A DNA stretch of 32,048 nucleotides from Callorhinchus milii. Taxonomy: Eukaryota. The stretch is from contig NW_024705606.1 in NCBI RefSeq assembly GCF_018977255.1, positions 1 to 32,048 of the forward strand, read 5' to 3'. Under the pieces are notes generated by a model, which saw only the letters and a program-made list of their open reading frames with translations, was not told the DNA's origin and did not search any database. How positions within the stretch are numbered: position 1 is the stretch's first letter; each line of letters starts with the position of its first letter. This document shows, piece after piece, positions 1 to 10,388 of this stretch. The translations under genes were made by a program, and so were the position numbers.

Positions 1-2
1 AG

Positions 3-35
3 CTTCCGTGTCACGTGTGGAGCCTGGCCTTTAAA
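3..35 (+). promoter_or_regulatory. Possible core promoter motifs: ETS-like CTTCCG (3-8), E-box GTCACGTG (10-17), TATA-like TTTAAA (30-35)
   Basis: Motif cluster in the only unique sequence upstream of the 26-bp array, about 1.1 kb before the ATG. Motif match only. Confidence 0.25.
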
Positions 36-100
36 TTGTCTCCGTCTGATGCACAAGGTTGTTGGAAGAGGAGAGACATAGAGCCAGGAGAGAGACCCCA

Positions 101-1105
101 CTACAGCCCCCAGCCAGGAGCCCCCAGCACAGCCCCCAGCCAGGAGCCCCCAGCACAGCCCCCAGCCAGGAGCCCCCAGCACAGCCCCCAGCCAGGAGCC
201 CCCAGCACAGCCCCCAGCCAGGAGCCCCCAGCACAGCCCCCAGCCAGGAGCCCCCAGCACAGCCCCCAGCCAGGAGCCCCCAGCCTCCAGCCAGGAGCCC
301 CAGCACAGCCCCAGCCAGGAGCCTCCAGCCAGGCGCCCCTAGTACAGCCCCCAGCAAGGAGCTCCCAGCCCCCAGCCAGAGCCCCCAGTACAGCTCCCAG
401 CCAGGAGCCAACAGCCCTCAGCCAGGAGCTCCCAGTACAGCCCCCAGCACAGCCCCCAGCCAGGAGACCCCAGCCCCCAGCCAGGAACCCCCAGTACACC
501 CCCCAGCCAGGAGCCCCCAGTACAACCCCCAGCCAGGAGCCCCCAGCCCAGCCAGGAACCCCAGTACAGCTCCCAGCCAGGAGCCCCCAGCCCCCAGCCA
601 GGAGCCCCCAGTACAGCTCCCAGCCCGGAGCCCCCAGCCCCCAGCCAGGAGCCCCCAGCCCCCAGCCCGGAGCCCCCAGCCAGGAGCTCCCAGTACAGCC
701 CCCAGCACCCAGCACAGCCCCCAGCTAGGAGCCCCCAGCCTCCAGCCAGGAGCCCCCAGCACAGCCCCCAGCCAGGAACCCCCAGCCTCCAGCCAGGAGC
801 CCCCAGCACAGCCCCTAGCCAGGAGCCCCCAGCCAGGAGCCCCAAGTACAGCCCCTAGCCAGGAGCCCCCAGCCAGGAGCCCCCAGCCAGGAGCCCCCAG
901 TACAGCTCCCAGCCAGGAGCCCCCAGCCCCCAGCCAGGAGCCCCCACTACTGCCCCCAGCCAAGAGCCTCCAGCACAGCCCCCAGCCAGGAGCTCCCAGT
1001 ACAGACCCCAGCCCTCAGCACAGACCCAGGCAGGAGCCCCCAGCACAGCCACCAGCCAAGAGCCCCCAGCACAGCACCCAGGCAGGAGCACCCAGCATAG
1101 CCCCC
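101..1105. repeat. 26-bp C-rich minisatellite (CCCCCAGCACAGCCCCCAGCCAGGAG) with shortened variant units
   Basis: Near-perfect units from about 101 to 280, degenerating downstream. Three units translate to a 26-aa cycle seen in the ORF track. Confidence 0.95.
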
Positions 1106-1156
1106 ATACTGGAGAGAGCCCAGCACAACACACAAAGAGCAGACGGTGCCAGCAGC

Positions 1157-1181
1157 ATGCCAGAGCCGGCCAGGAACCCAG
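1157..1181 (+). CDS. MYBPC: Myosin-binding protein C family gene, first coding exon (MPEPARNP + G, 25 coding nt, phase 1)
   Basis: AGCAGCATGCCAGAGCCGGCCAGGAACCCAG|gtaccc. The MPEP start and a 25-nt coding first exon match the MYBPC1 (MPEPTKKE) and MYBPC3 (MPEPGKKP) architecture as I recall it. Phase 1 fits the downstream exons. The donor is weak. The symbol is family-level only. Confidence 0.8.
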
Positions 1182-1245
1182 GTACCCGTGTGAGTGAGAG
1201 CCTGAGCCGAGGCTGTGTCATTATGGTCCCTCCGCTCTCAGTCAC

Positions 1246-1990
1246 AGGGTGAGAGTATGAGGGGGGGAGGGGGGTGGGGGGAGGGTGTGAGGGGGGGGGA
1301 GGGGGAAGAGTGCGTGAGGGGGGGAGAGGGCATGAGGGGGAGCGGGCGTGAGGGGGGAGAGGGCGTGAGGGGGTGGAGAGGGTGTGAAGGGGGGGAGAGG
1401 TTGTGAGGGGGGGAATGTGCGAGGGGGCGAGAGGGTGTGAGGGGGAGGGTGTGAGGGGGGGAGGGGGGGGGAGAGTGCGTTAGGGGGAGAGGGCGTGAGG
1501 GGGGAGAGGGCGTGAGGGGGGAGCGGGCGTGAAGGGGGGAGATGCCGTTAGGGGGTGGAGAGGGTGTGCGGGGGGAGAGGGTGTGAGGGCGGGGAGAGGT
1601 GTGAGGGGGGAGGGGGGAGGGCGTGAGGGGGAGGGGGAGGGTGTGAGGGGGCAGGGCGGAGGGGTAGGGTGTGAGGGGGTGGGAGAGGGTGTGAGGGTGG
1701 GAGAGGGTGTGAGGGGGAGAGGGTGTGAGGGGGGAGGGTGTGAAGCGGTGAGAGGGTGTGAGTGGGGGAGAGGGTGTGAGGGGGGGAGAGGGTGTGAGGA
1801 GGGGGGAGGGTGTGAGGAGGGAGAGGGGGAGGGGGTGCAGAGGATCTGAGGGTGGAGGGGGAGGGTGTGAGGGAGGAGGGTGTGAGGGGGGGAGAGGGTG
1901 TGAGGGGGAGGGTTTGAGGGGGGAGAGGGTGTGAGGGGTGGAGAGTGAGGGGGAGAGGGTGTGAGAGGGTGGAGAGTGAGGGGTGGAGTG
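1246..1990. repeat. G-rich degenerate minisatellite (~17 bp, GAGGGTGTGAGGGGGGA), strong G-quadruplex potential
   Basis: Repeated GGGTGTGAG/GGGCGTGAG cores separated by G5-G8 runs at the start of intron 1. Confidence 0.92.
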
Positions 1991-2219
1991 CTGAAAGGGA
2001 GAGAAAGAAATAGAATGTGTTAGAGGGAGAGAATGTGTGTGTATCTGTAAAAGGGGGAGAGAGTGTGAAAGGCAGTGGGAGAGAGTGTGTGAGACGCTGA
2101 GTGTATAATGGTGAACATATAGTGAAAACAAGTGAGAAAACCGTGTGTGTGAGAGAGAGAGAGACTGAGAGCTAAAGAGAGAGCGAGTGTGAGATGGAGC
2201 GAGAGATGGATGACGGAAG
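1831..2219 (+). repeat. ~390-bp segment, copy 1 of a local direct duplication
   Basis: From GGGGGTG.AGAGGATCTGAGG through GAGAGATGGATGACGGAAG. Includes the non-satellite stretch TAGAATGTGTTAGAGG...GTGTATAATGGTGAACATATAGTGAAAACAAG, which recurs nearly identically at 10003-10388. Confidence 0.93.
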
Positions 2220-4840
2220 TTGATGCGAAGGACGCTCTGCCGTCATTGAGAAGCAACAGAGCAATGAGGTGAGTGATGGGCAGTGAGGGTGAGGGATGGG
2301 CAGTGAGGGTGAGGGGCGGGCAGTGAGGGTGAGGGGCTGGCAGTGAGAGTGAGGAGCAGTCAGTGAGGGTGAAGGGCGCCCAGTGAGGGTGAGGGGAGGC
2401 CAGTGAGGGTGAGAGGCGGGTGGTGAGGGTAAGGGGCGGACATTGAGGGTGAAGGGCAGGCAATTAGGGGCAGGCAGTGAGGGTGAGGGGCGGGCAGTGA
2501 GAGTGAGGGGCGGGTGGTGAGGGTGAGTGGCGGCCGGTGAGGTTGAGGGGCGGGCTGTGAGGGTGAAGGGCAGGCAGTGACGGTGAGGAGCGGGCGGTGA
2601 GGGTGAGGGGCGGGCGGTGAAGGGTGGGCAGTGAGGGTAAGAGGCGGGTGGTGAGGGTGAGTGGCGGGCAGTGAGGGTGAGGGGCGGGTAGTGAGGGTGA
2701 GGGGATTCCAGTGAGTGTAATGTGCGGGCAGTGAGAGTGAGGGGCCGGTGGTGAGGGTGAGGGGCGGGCAGTGCGGGTGTGGGGCAGGCAATGAGGGTGA
2801 AGGTGCAGCCAGTGAGGGTGAGGAGCGTACAGTGAAGGGTGGGCAGTGAGGGTAAGGGGCGGGCAGTGAGGATGAGGGGCGGGCAGTGAGGATGAGGGGC
2901 GGGCAGTGAGAGTGAGGAGCGGTCAGTGAGGGTGAAGGGCGCCCAGTGAGGGTGAGGGGAGGCCAGTGAGGGTGAGAGGCGGGTGGTGAGGGTATGGGGC
3001 GGGCATTGAGTGTGAAGGGCAAGGCAGTTAGGGGCAGCCAGTGAGTGTGAGGGGCGGGCAGTGAGAGTGAGGGGCGGGTGGTGAGGGTGAGGGGCGGGCA
3101 GTGAGGGTGAGGGGCAGGCAGTGAGGGTGAAGGTGCAGCCAGTGAGGGTGAGGGGCGGACAGTGAGGGTGCGAGGCGGGCGGTGAGGGTGAGTGACGGGC
3201 AGTGAGGGTGAGGGGCGGGTAGTGAGGGTGAGGGGCGGGCAGTGAGGGTGATGGACGGGCAGTGAGGGTGAGGGGCGGGTAGTGAGGGTGAGGAGAGTCC
3301 AGTGAGGGTGAGGGGCGGACAGTGAGGGTGCAAGGCGGGTGGTGAGGGTGTGGGGCGAGCATTGAGGGTGAGGGGCGGGTGATGATTGTGTGGGGTGGGC
3401 AGTGAGTGTCAGGGGCGCACAGTGAGGGTGAGAGGCGGGTGGTGAGGATGAGGGGCCGGCAGTGAGGGTGAGGGGCGGGTGGTGACGGTGATGGGCGGGC
3501 AGTAAGGGTGAGGGGCGAGCAGTGATAGTAAGGGGCGGACAGCGAGGGTGAGTGGCGGACAGTGAGGATGAGGGGCGGGCAGTGAGAGTGAGATGCGGGC
3601 AGTGAGGGTGAGGGGCGAGTGGTGAGGGTGAGGGGCGGGCTGTGAGGGTGAAGGGCGGGCAGTGAGGTTGAAGGGCGCCCAGTGAGGGTGAGGGGAGGCC
3701 AGTGAGGGTGAGGGCGGGTGGTGAGGGTAAGTGGGTGGGCAGTGAGGGTGAGGGGCAGGCAGTGAGGGGCAGGCAGTGAGGATGAGGGGCGGGCAGTGAG
3801 ATATAGGGGCGGATGGTGAGGGGCGGGCAGTGAGGGGTAGGCAGTTTGGGTGAAGGTGCGGCCAGTGAGTGTGAGGGGCGGACAGTGAGGGTGAGAGGCG
3901 GGTGGTAAGGGTGAGGGGAGGGAACGGAGTGTGGGGGGCGGGTGGTGACTGTGAGGGGCGAGCAGTGAGGGTGAGGGGCGGGCAGTGAGGGTGAACGGCG
4001 CCCAGTGAGGGTGAGGGAAGGCCAGTGAGGGTGAGGGGCGGGTGGTGAGGGTAAGGGGAGGGCAGTGAGGGTGAGGGGCGGGCAGTGGGGGTGAGGGCGG
4101 GCAGTGATGGTGAGGGGCGGGCGGTGAGGGGCGGGCGGTGAGGGTGAGGGGCGGGCAGTGAGGATGAGGAGCGGTCAGTGAGGGTGATGGACGCCCAGTG
4201 AGGGTGAGGGTCCGTCAGTGAGGGTGATGGGCAGGCAGTGAGGGTGAGGGGCGGGCAGTGAGGGTGAAGGGCGGGCAGTGAGGGTGAGCGTGGGCAGTGA
4301 GGGTGATGGACGTGCAGTGAGGGTGAGAGTCCGGCAGTCAGGGGGAGGAGCGCTCAGTGAGGGTGAAGGGAGGGCGGTGAGGGAGAGAGGCGGGCAGTGA
4401 GGCTGAGGAGCGGTCAGTGAGGGTGAGAGGCGGATTGTGAGGGTTAGGGGCGGGCAGTGAGTGTGAGGGTCGGGCAGTCAGGGTGAGGGGCGGGCAGAAA
4501 GGGTCAGGGATGGGCAGTGAGGGTGAGGGTGAGGGTTGGGCACTGAGGGTAAGGCGCAGGCAGCGAGGGTGAGGGGTGGGCAGTGATGTTCGGGTGAGGG
4601 GCGGGCAGTGTGAGTGAGGGGCGAACAGTGAGGGTGAGGGGTGGGCAGTGATGGTGAGGAACGGGCAGTGAGGGAGAGGGGCGGTCAGTGAGGGTGAGCG
4701 CGGGCAGTGAGGGTGAGCGCGGGCAGTGAGGTTGAGGGGCGGGCAGTGAGGGTGAGGGGCGGGCTGTGAGGGTGAAGGGCGGGCGGTGAGAGTGAGGGCC
4801 GGCGGTGAGGAGCGGGCGGTGAGGGTGAGGGGCGGGCTAT

Positions 4841-5040
4841 AATAATAATAATAATAATAATAATAATCCTTGCATTTGATATAGCGCTTTTCACGTCGGG
4901 AGGACGTCCCAAAGCGCTTCACAGAATAGACTGTAAAGTGAATTGACTGTATATTTGTGGGCGAACGCGGCAGCCAATTGCGCACAGCAATGTCCCACAA
5001 ACAGTCAGGGATTGAAAATGACCAATTTATTATTGTTTTT
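4841..5040 (-). mobile_element. 5'-truncated SINE fragment, DeuSINE-like (SacSINE1/AmnSINE1-type) with L2-type 3' tail and (ATT)9
   Basis: The minus strand reads TGTTTGTGGGACATTGCTGTGCGCAATTGGCTGCCGCGTT...GTGAAGCGCTTTGGGACGTCCT...GTGAAAAGCGCTATATCAAATGCAAGG(ATT)n. It is flanked by GCTAT at 4836-4840 and 5041-5045. The family name is from memory. Confidence 0.82.
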
Positions 5041-8000
5041 GCTATGAGGGTGAGGGACGAGTGGTGAAGGTGAGGGGCGGCCTGTGAGGCTGAGGGGCGT
5101 GCAATGAGTGTGAGGGGCGGGCAGTGAGGGTGAAGGGCGCCCAGTGAGGATGAGGGGAGGCCAGTGAGGGTGAGGGGCGGGTAGTGAGGGTAAGGGGCAG
5201 GCAGTGACGTTGAGGGGCGGGTCGTGAGAGTTTGGGGCGTGTGTGAGGGGCGGGCAGTGAGCGTGAGGGGCAGGCAGTGAGGGTGAAGGTGCGGCCAATG
5301 ATGGTGATGGGCGGACAGTGAGGGTGAGAGGCGGGTGGTGAGGGTGAGGGACGGGCAGTAAGGGTGAGGGTCGGGTGGTGACGGTGATGGGCGGACAGTG
5401 AGGGTGAGGGGCGGGCAGTGATGGTAAGAGGCGGGCAGTGAGGGTTAGCGGCCGGGGCTGAGGTTCATGGGCGGGCAGCGAGGTTGAGGGGCGGGCGGTG
5501 AGCGTGAGGGGCGGGCGGTGAGGGGCGGGCGGTGAGGGTGAGGGGCGGGCAGTGAGGGTGAGGGGCGGGCAGTGAGGGTGAGGGGCGGGCAGTGAGGGTG
5601 AGGGGCGGTCAGTTATGGTGAAGGGTGTCCAGTGAGGGTGATGGGATGCCAGTGAGGGTGAAATGCGGGCAGTGAGGCTGAGGGGCAAGTGGTGAGGGTG
5701 AGGGGCGGCCGGAGAGTGTGAGGGGCGGGCGGTGAGGGTGAGGAGCGGGCGGTGAGGGTGCGGGGCGGGCGGTGAGCGTGAGGTGCGGGCGGTGAGGGTG
5801 AGGTGCGGGCGGTGAGGGTGAGGGCGGGCGGTGAGCGTGAGGGGCGGGCTTTGAGGGTGAGGGCGGGCAGTGAGGGTGCGGGGCGGGTAGCGAAGGTGAG
5901 GGGCGAGCAGTGAGGTTGAGGGGCACCCAGTGAAGGTGAGGGGTGGGCAGTGAAGGTGAGAGGCGGGCAGTGGGGATGAGGGGCGGGCAGTGTGGGTGAA
6001 TTTGAGGGTCCGTCAGTAATGGTGACGGTGAGGGGCAGGCAGTGAGTTTGAGGGGTGGGCAGTGAGGGTGAGATTCCGGCAGTGAGGGTGAGGAGCGGTC
6101 AGTGAGAGTGAGGGGCGGGTTGTGAGGGTGAGGGGCGGGCAATGAGGGTGAGGGCGGGCAATGAGGGTGAGGGGCGGGCAGTGAGGGTGAAGGGCGACCA
6201 GTGAGGGTGAGGGGAGGCCAGTGAGGCTGAGGGGCAGGTGGTGAGTGTAAGGGGCATGCAGTGACGGTGAGGGGCGAGTAGTGAGTGTGAGGGTCGTGAG
6301 GTGAGGGTGAGGGGCGGGCAGTGAGGGTAAGGAGCATGCAGTGAGGGTGAAAGTGCGGCCAGCGAGGGTGAGGGGCGGACAGTGAGGGTGAGAGGCGGGT
6401 GGTGAGGGGCGGGCAGTGAGGGTGAGGAGCGGTCAGTGAGGGTGAAGGGCGCCCAGTGAGGGCGACGGGAGGCCAGTGAGTGTGAGATGCGGGCAGTGAG
6501 GCTGAGGGGCGAGTGTTGAGGGTGAGGGGCGGCCGGTGAGGGAGAGGGGCGGGCAGTGAGGGTGAGGGGCGGGCGGTGAGGGTGAGGGATGGGCAGTGAG
6601 GCTGAGGGCTGGACACTGAGGGTAAAGCACAGGCAGCGAGGGTGAGGGGCGGTCAGTGAGGTGAGGGTGAGGGGCGGTCAGTGTGGGTGAGGGGCGAGCA
6701 GTGATGGTGAAGAACGGGCAGTGAGGGAGAGGGGCGGGCGGTGGGGGTGAAGGGCGGGCAGTGAGGGTGAGGAGCGGGCGGCGAGAATGAGTGGCGGGCC
6801 GTGAGGGTGAGGGGCGGGCAGTGAGCGCGAGGGGCGGGCAGTGAGGGTGAGGGGCGGGCAGTGAAGGTGAGGATTGGGCAGTGAGGGTGAGAGGCGGTCA
6901 GTGAGGGTGAGGGGCTGGCAGTCAGGGTGAGGGGTGGGCAGTCAGGGTGAGGGGTGGGCAGTGTGGGTGAAGGGCGTGCAGTGAGGGTGATGGGCGGGCA
7001 GTGTGGGTGAGAGACGGTCAGTGAGGGTAAGGGGCGGGCGGTGAGGTTGATGTGCTGGCGGTGAGGGTGAGGGGCGGGCGGTGAGCGTGAGGGGCGGGCT
7101 TTGAGGGTGAGGGGCGGGCAGTGAGGGTGCGGGGCGGGTGGTGAAGGTGAGGGGCGAGCAGTGAAGTTGAGGGGCACCCAGTGAAGGTGAGGGGTGGGCA
7201 GTGAAGGTGAGAGGCGGGCAGTGGGGATGAGGGACGGGCAGTGTGGGTGAATTTGAGGGTCCGTCAGTAATAGTGAGGGTGAGGGGCAGGCAGTGAGTTT
7301 GAGGGGTGGGCAGTGAGGGTGAGGAGCGGTCAGTGAGAGTGAGGGGCGGGTTGTGAGGGTGAGCGGCGGGCAATGAGGGTGAGGGGCGGGCAGTGAGGGT
7401 GAGGGATGGGCAGCGACGGTGAGGGTGACGGTTGGGCACAGAGGGTAAGGCGCAGGCAGCGAGGGTGCGGGGCGGGCAGTGAGGTTAGGTTGAGGGGCGG
7501 GCAGTGAGGGTGCGGGGCGGGCAGTGAGGTTAGGTTGAGGGGCGGGCAGTGAGGGTGAGGGGCGAGTGGTGAGGGTGTGGGGGCGGCCTGTGACGTTGAG
7601 GGGCTGGCAATGAGGGTGAGGGGCGGGCAGTGAGGGTGAAGGGCGACCAGTGAGGGTGAGGGGAGGCCAGTGAGTCTGAGGGGCAGGTGGTGAGTGTAAG
7701 GGGCATGCAGTGACGGTGAGGGGTGAGTAGTAAGTGTGAGGGGCGTGTAGTGAGGGTGAGGGGCGGGCAGTGAGGCAGTGTGGGTGCGGGTGAGTGGCCG
7801 TCAGTGAGGTTCATGGTGAGGGGCAGTCAGTGAGGTTGAGGGGTGGGCAGTGAGGGTAAGGAGCATGCAGTGAGGGTGAAAGTGCGGCCAGCGAGGGTGA
7901 GGGGCGGACACTGAGGGTGAGAGGCGGGTGGTGAGGGGCGGGCAGTGAGGGTGAGGGTCGGGTGGTGACGGTGATGGGCGGGCAGTGATGAGGGGCGGGT

Positions 8001-10002
8001 AGTGATGGTAAGGGATGGGCAGTGAGGGTGAGCGGCGGGTGCTGAGGGTCAGGGGCGTGCAGCGAGGGTGCGGGGCGGGCAGTGAGGGTGAGATGCGGGG
8101 GAGAGATGGTGAGGGCGGCCGGTGAGGATGAGGGGTGGGCAGTGAGGGTGAGGAGCGGTCAGTGAGGGTGAAGGGCGCCCAGTGAGGGTGACGGGAGGCC
8201 AGTGAGTGTGAGATGCGGGCAGTGAGGCTGAGGGGCGAGTGTTGAGGGTGAGGGGCGGTCGGTGAGGGTGAGGGGCGGGCAGTGAGGGTGAGGGGCGGAC
8301 ACCGGAGGTGAGTGGCCACCAATGAAGGTGAGAGGCGGGCAGTGAGGGTGAGGAGCGGGCAGTGAGTGTGAAGGGCGGGCGGTGAGGGTGAGGGGCAGGC
8401 GGTGAGGTTGTGAGGCGGGCGGTGAGGTTGAGAGGCGGGAGGGTAGGGTGAGGGGCGGGCAGTGAGGGTGAGGGGCGGGCAGTGAGGCAGTGTGGGTGCG
8501 GGTGAGTGGCCGTCAGTGAGGTTCATGGTGAGGGGCAGTCAGTGAGGTTGAGGGGTGGGCAGTGAGGGTAAGGAGCATGCAGTGAGGGTGAAAGTGCGGC
8601 CAGCGAGGGTGAGGGGCGGACACTGAGGGTGAGAGGCGGGTGGTGAGGGGCGGTCAGTGAGGGTGAGGGTCGGGTGGTGACGGTGATGGGCGGGCAGTGA
8701 TGAGGGGCGGGTAGTGATGGTAAGGGATGGGCAGTGAGGGTGAGCGGCGGGTGCTGAGGGTCAGGGGCGTGCAGCGAGGGTGAGGGGCGGGCAGTGAGGG
8801 TGAGATGCGGGGGAGAGATGGTGAGGGGCGGCCGGTGAGGATGAGGGGTGGGCAGTGAGGGTGAGGAGCGGTCAGTGAGGGTGAAGGGCGCCCAGTGAGG
8901 GTGACGGGAGGCCAGTGAGTGTGAGATGCGGGCAGTGAGGCTGAGAGGCGAGTGTTGAGGGTGAGGGGCGGTCGGTGAGTGTGAGGGGCGGCCAGTGAGG
9001 GTGAGGGGCGGACACCGGAGGTAAGTGGCCACCAATGAAGGTGAGAGGCGGGCAGTGAGGGTGAGGAGCGGGCAGTGAGTGTGAAGGGCGGGCGGTGAGG
9101 GTGAGGGGCAGGCGGTGAGGTTGTGAGGCGGGCGGTGAGGTTGAGAGGCGGGAGGGTAGGGTGAGGGGCGGGCAGTGAGGGTGAGGGGTGGGCAGTGAGG
9201 CAGTGTGGGTGCGGGTGAGTGGCCGTCAGTGAGGTTCATGGTGAGGGGCAGTCAGTGAGGTTGAGGGGTGGGCAGTGAGGGTGATGGCGTGCAGTGAGGG
9301 TGAGATTCCGGCAGTGAGGGTGAGGAGCGGTCAGTGAGGGTGAGGGGCGGGTTGTGAGGGTGAGGGCGGGCAGTGAGTTTATGGGGCGGGCAGTCTGGGT
9401 GAGGGGCGGGCAGTGAGGGTGAGGATCGGTCAGTGAGGGTGAGGGGCGGTTTGTGAGGGTGAGGGGCGGGTAGTCGGGGTGAGGGGCGGGCAGTGAGGGT
9501 GAGGGATGGGCAGTGAGGTTGAGGGCTGGACACTGAGGGTAAAGCACAGGCAGCGAGGGTGAGGGGCGGTCAGTGAGGTGAGGGTGAGGGGCGGTCAGTG
9601 TGGGTGAGGGTCGAGCAGTGATGGTGAACAACGGGCAGTGAGGGAGAGGGGCGGGCGGTGAGGATGAGTGGCGGGCCGTGAGGGTGAGGGGTGGGCAGTG
9701 AGCGCGAGGGGCGGGCAGTGAGGGTGAGGGGCGGGCAGTGAAGGTGAGGAGCGGGCAGTGAGGGTGAGAGGCGGTCAGTGAGGGTGAGGGGCTGGCAGTC
9801 AGGGTGAGGGCTGGGCAATGAGGGTGAGCAGTGTGGGTGAAGGGCGGGCAGTGAGGGTGATGGGCGGGCAGTGTGGGTGAGAGACGGTCAGTGAGGGTAA
9901 GGGGCGGGCAGTGAGGGTAAAGGGCGGGCGGTGAGGGTGAGGTGCTGGCGGTGAGGGTGAGGAGCGGGCAGTGAGGGTGAGGGGCGGCCAGTGAGGTTGA
10001 TG

Positions 10003-10388
10003 GGGGGTGGAGAGGATCTGAGGTTGGAGGGTGTGAGGGGGGAGGGTTTGAGGGGGGGAGAGGATGTGAGGGGGGAGGGTGTGAGGGGGGAGAGGGTGTG
10101 AGGGGGTGGAGAGTGAGGGGGGGAGAGGGTGTGAGAGGGTGGAGAGTGAGGGGTGGAGTGCTGAAAGGGAGAGAAAGAAATAGAATGTGTTAGAGGAGAG
10201 AATGTGTGTGTATCTGAAAAAGGGGGAGAGAGTGTGAAAGGCAGTGGGAGAGAGTGTGTGAGACGCTGAGTGTATAATGGTGAACATATAGTGAAAACAA
10301 GTGAGAAAACCGTGTGTGTGAGAGAGAGAGAGACTGAGAGATAAAGAGAGAGCGAGTGTGAGATGGAGCGAGAGATGGATGACGGAAG
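10003..10388 (+). repeat. ~390-bp segment, copy 2, embedded in the 20-bp satellite
   Basis: Same orientation as 1831-2219 and nearly identical to it. It ends abruptly at GACGGAAG and returns to satellite. Confidence 0.93.

Noticed and set aside
2210..2268. Apparent exon ATG...GAG|gtgagt (MTEVDAKDALPSLRSNRAM)
   Set aside because: Phase 2 does not fit the downstream exons, and the donor is the first satellite unit (the same GAGGTGAGTGATGGGCAG occurs near 10508).
4685..5000. Poly-Ile and poly-Tyr ORF segments
   Set aside because: They are translations of the SINE (ATT)n tail.
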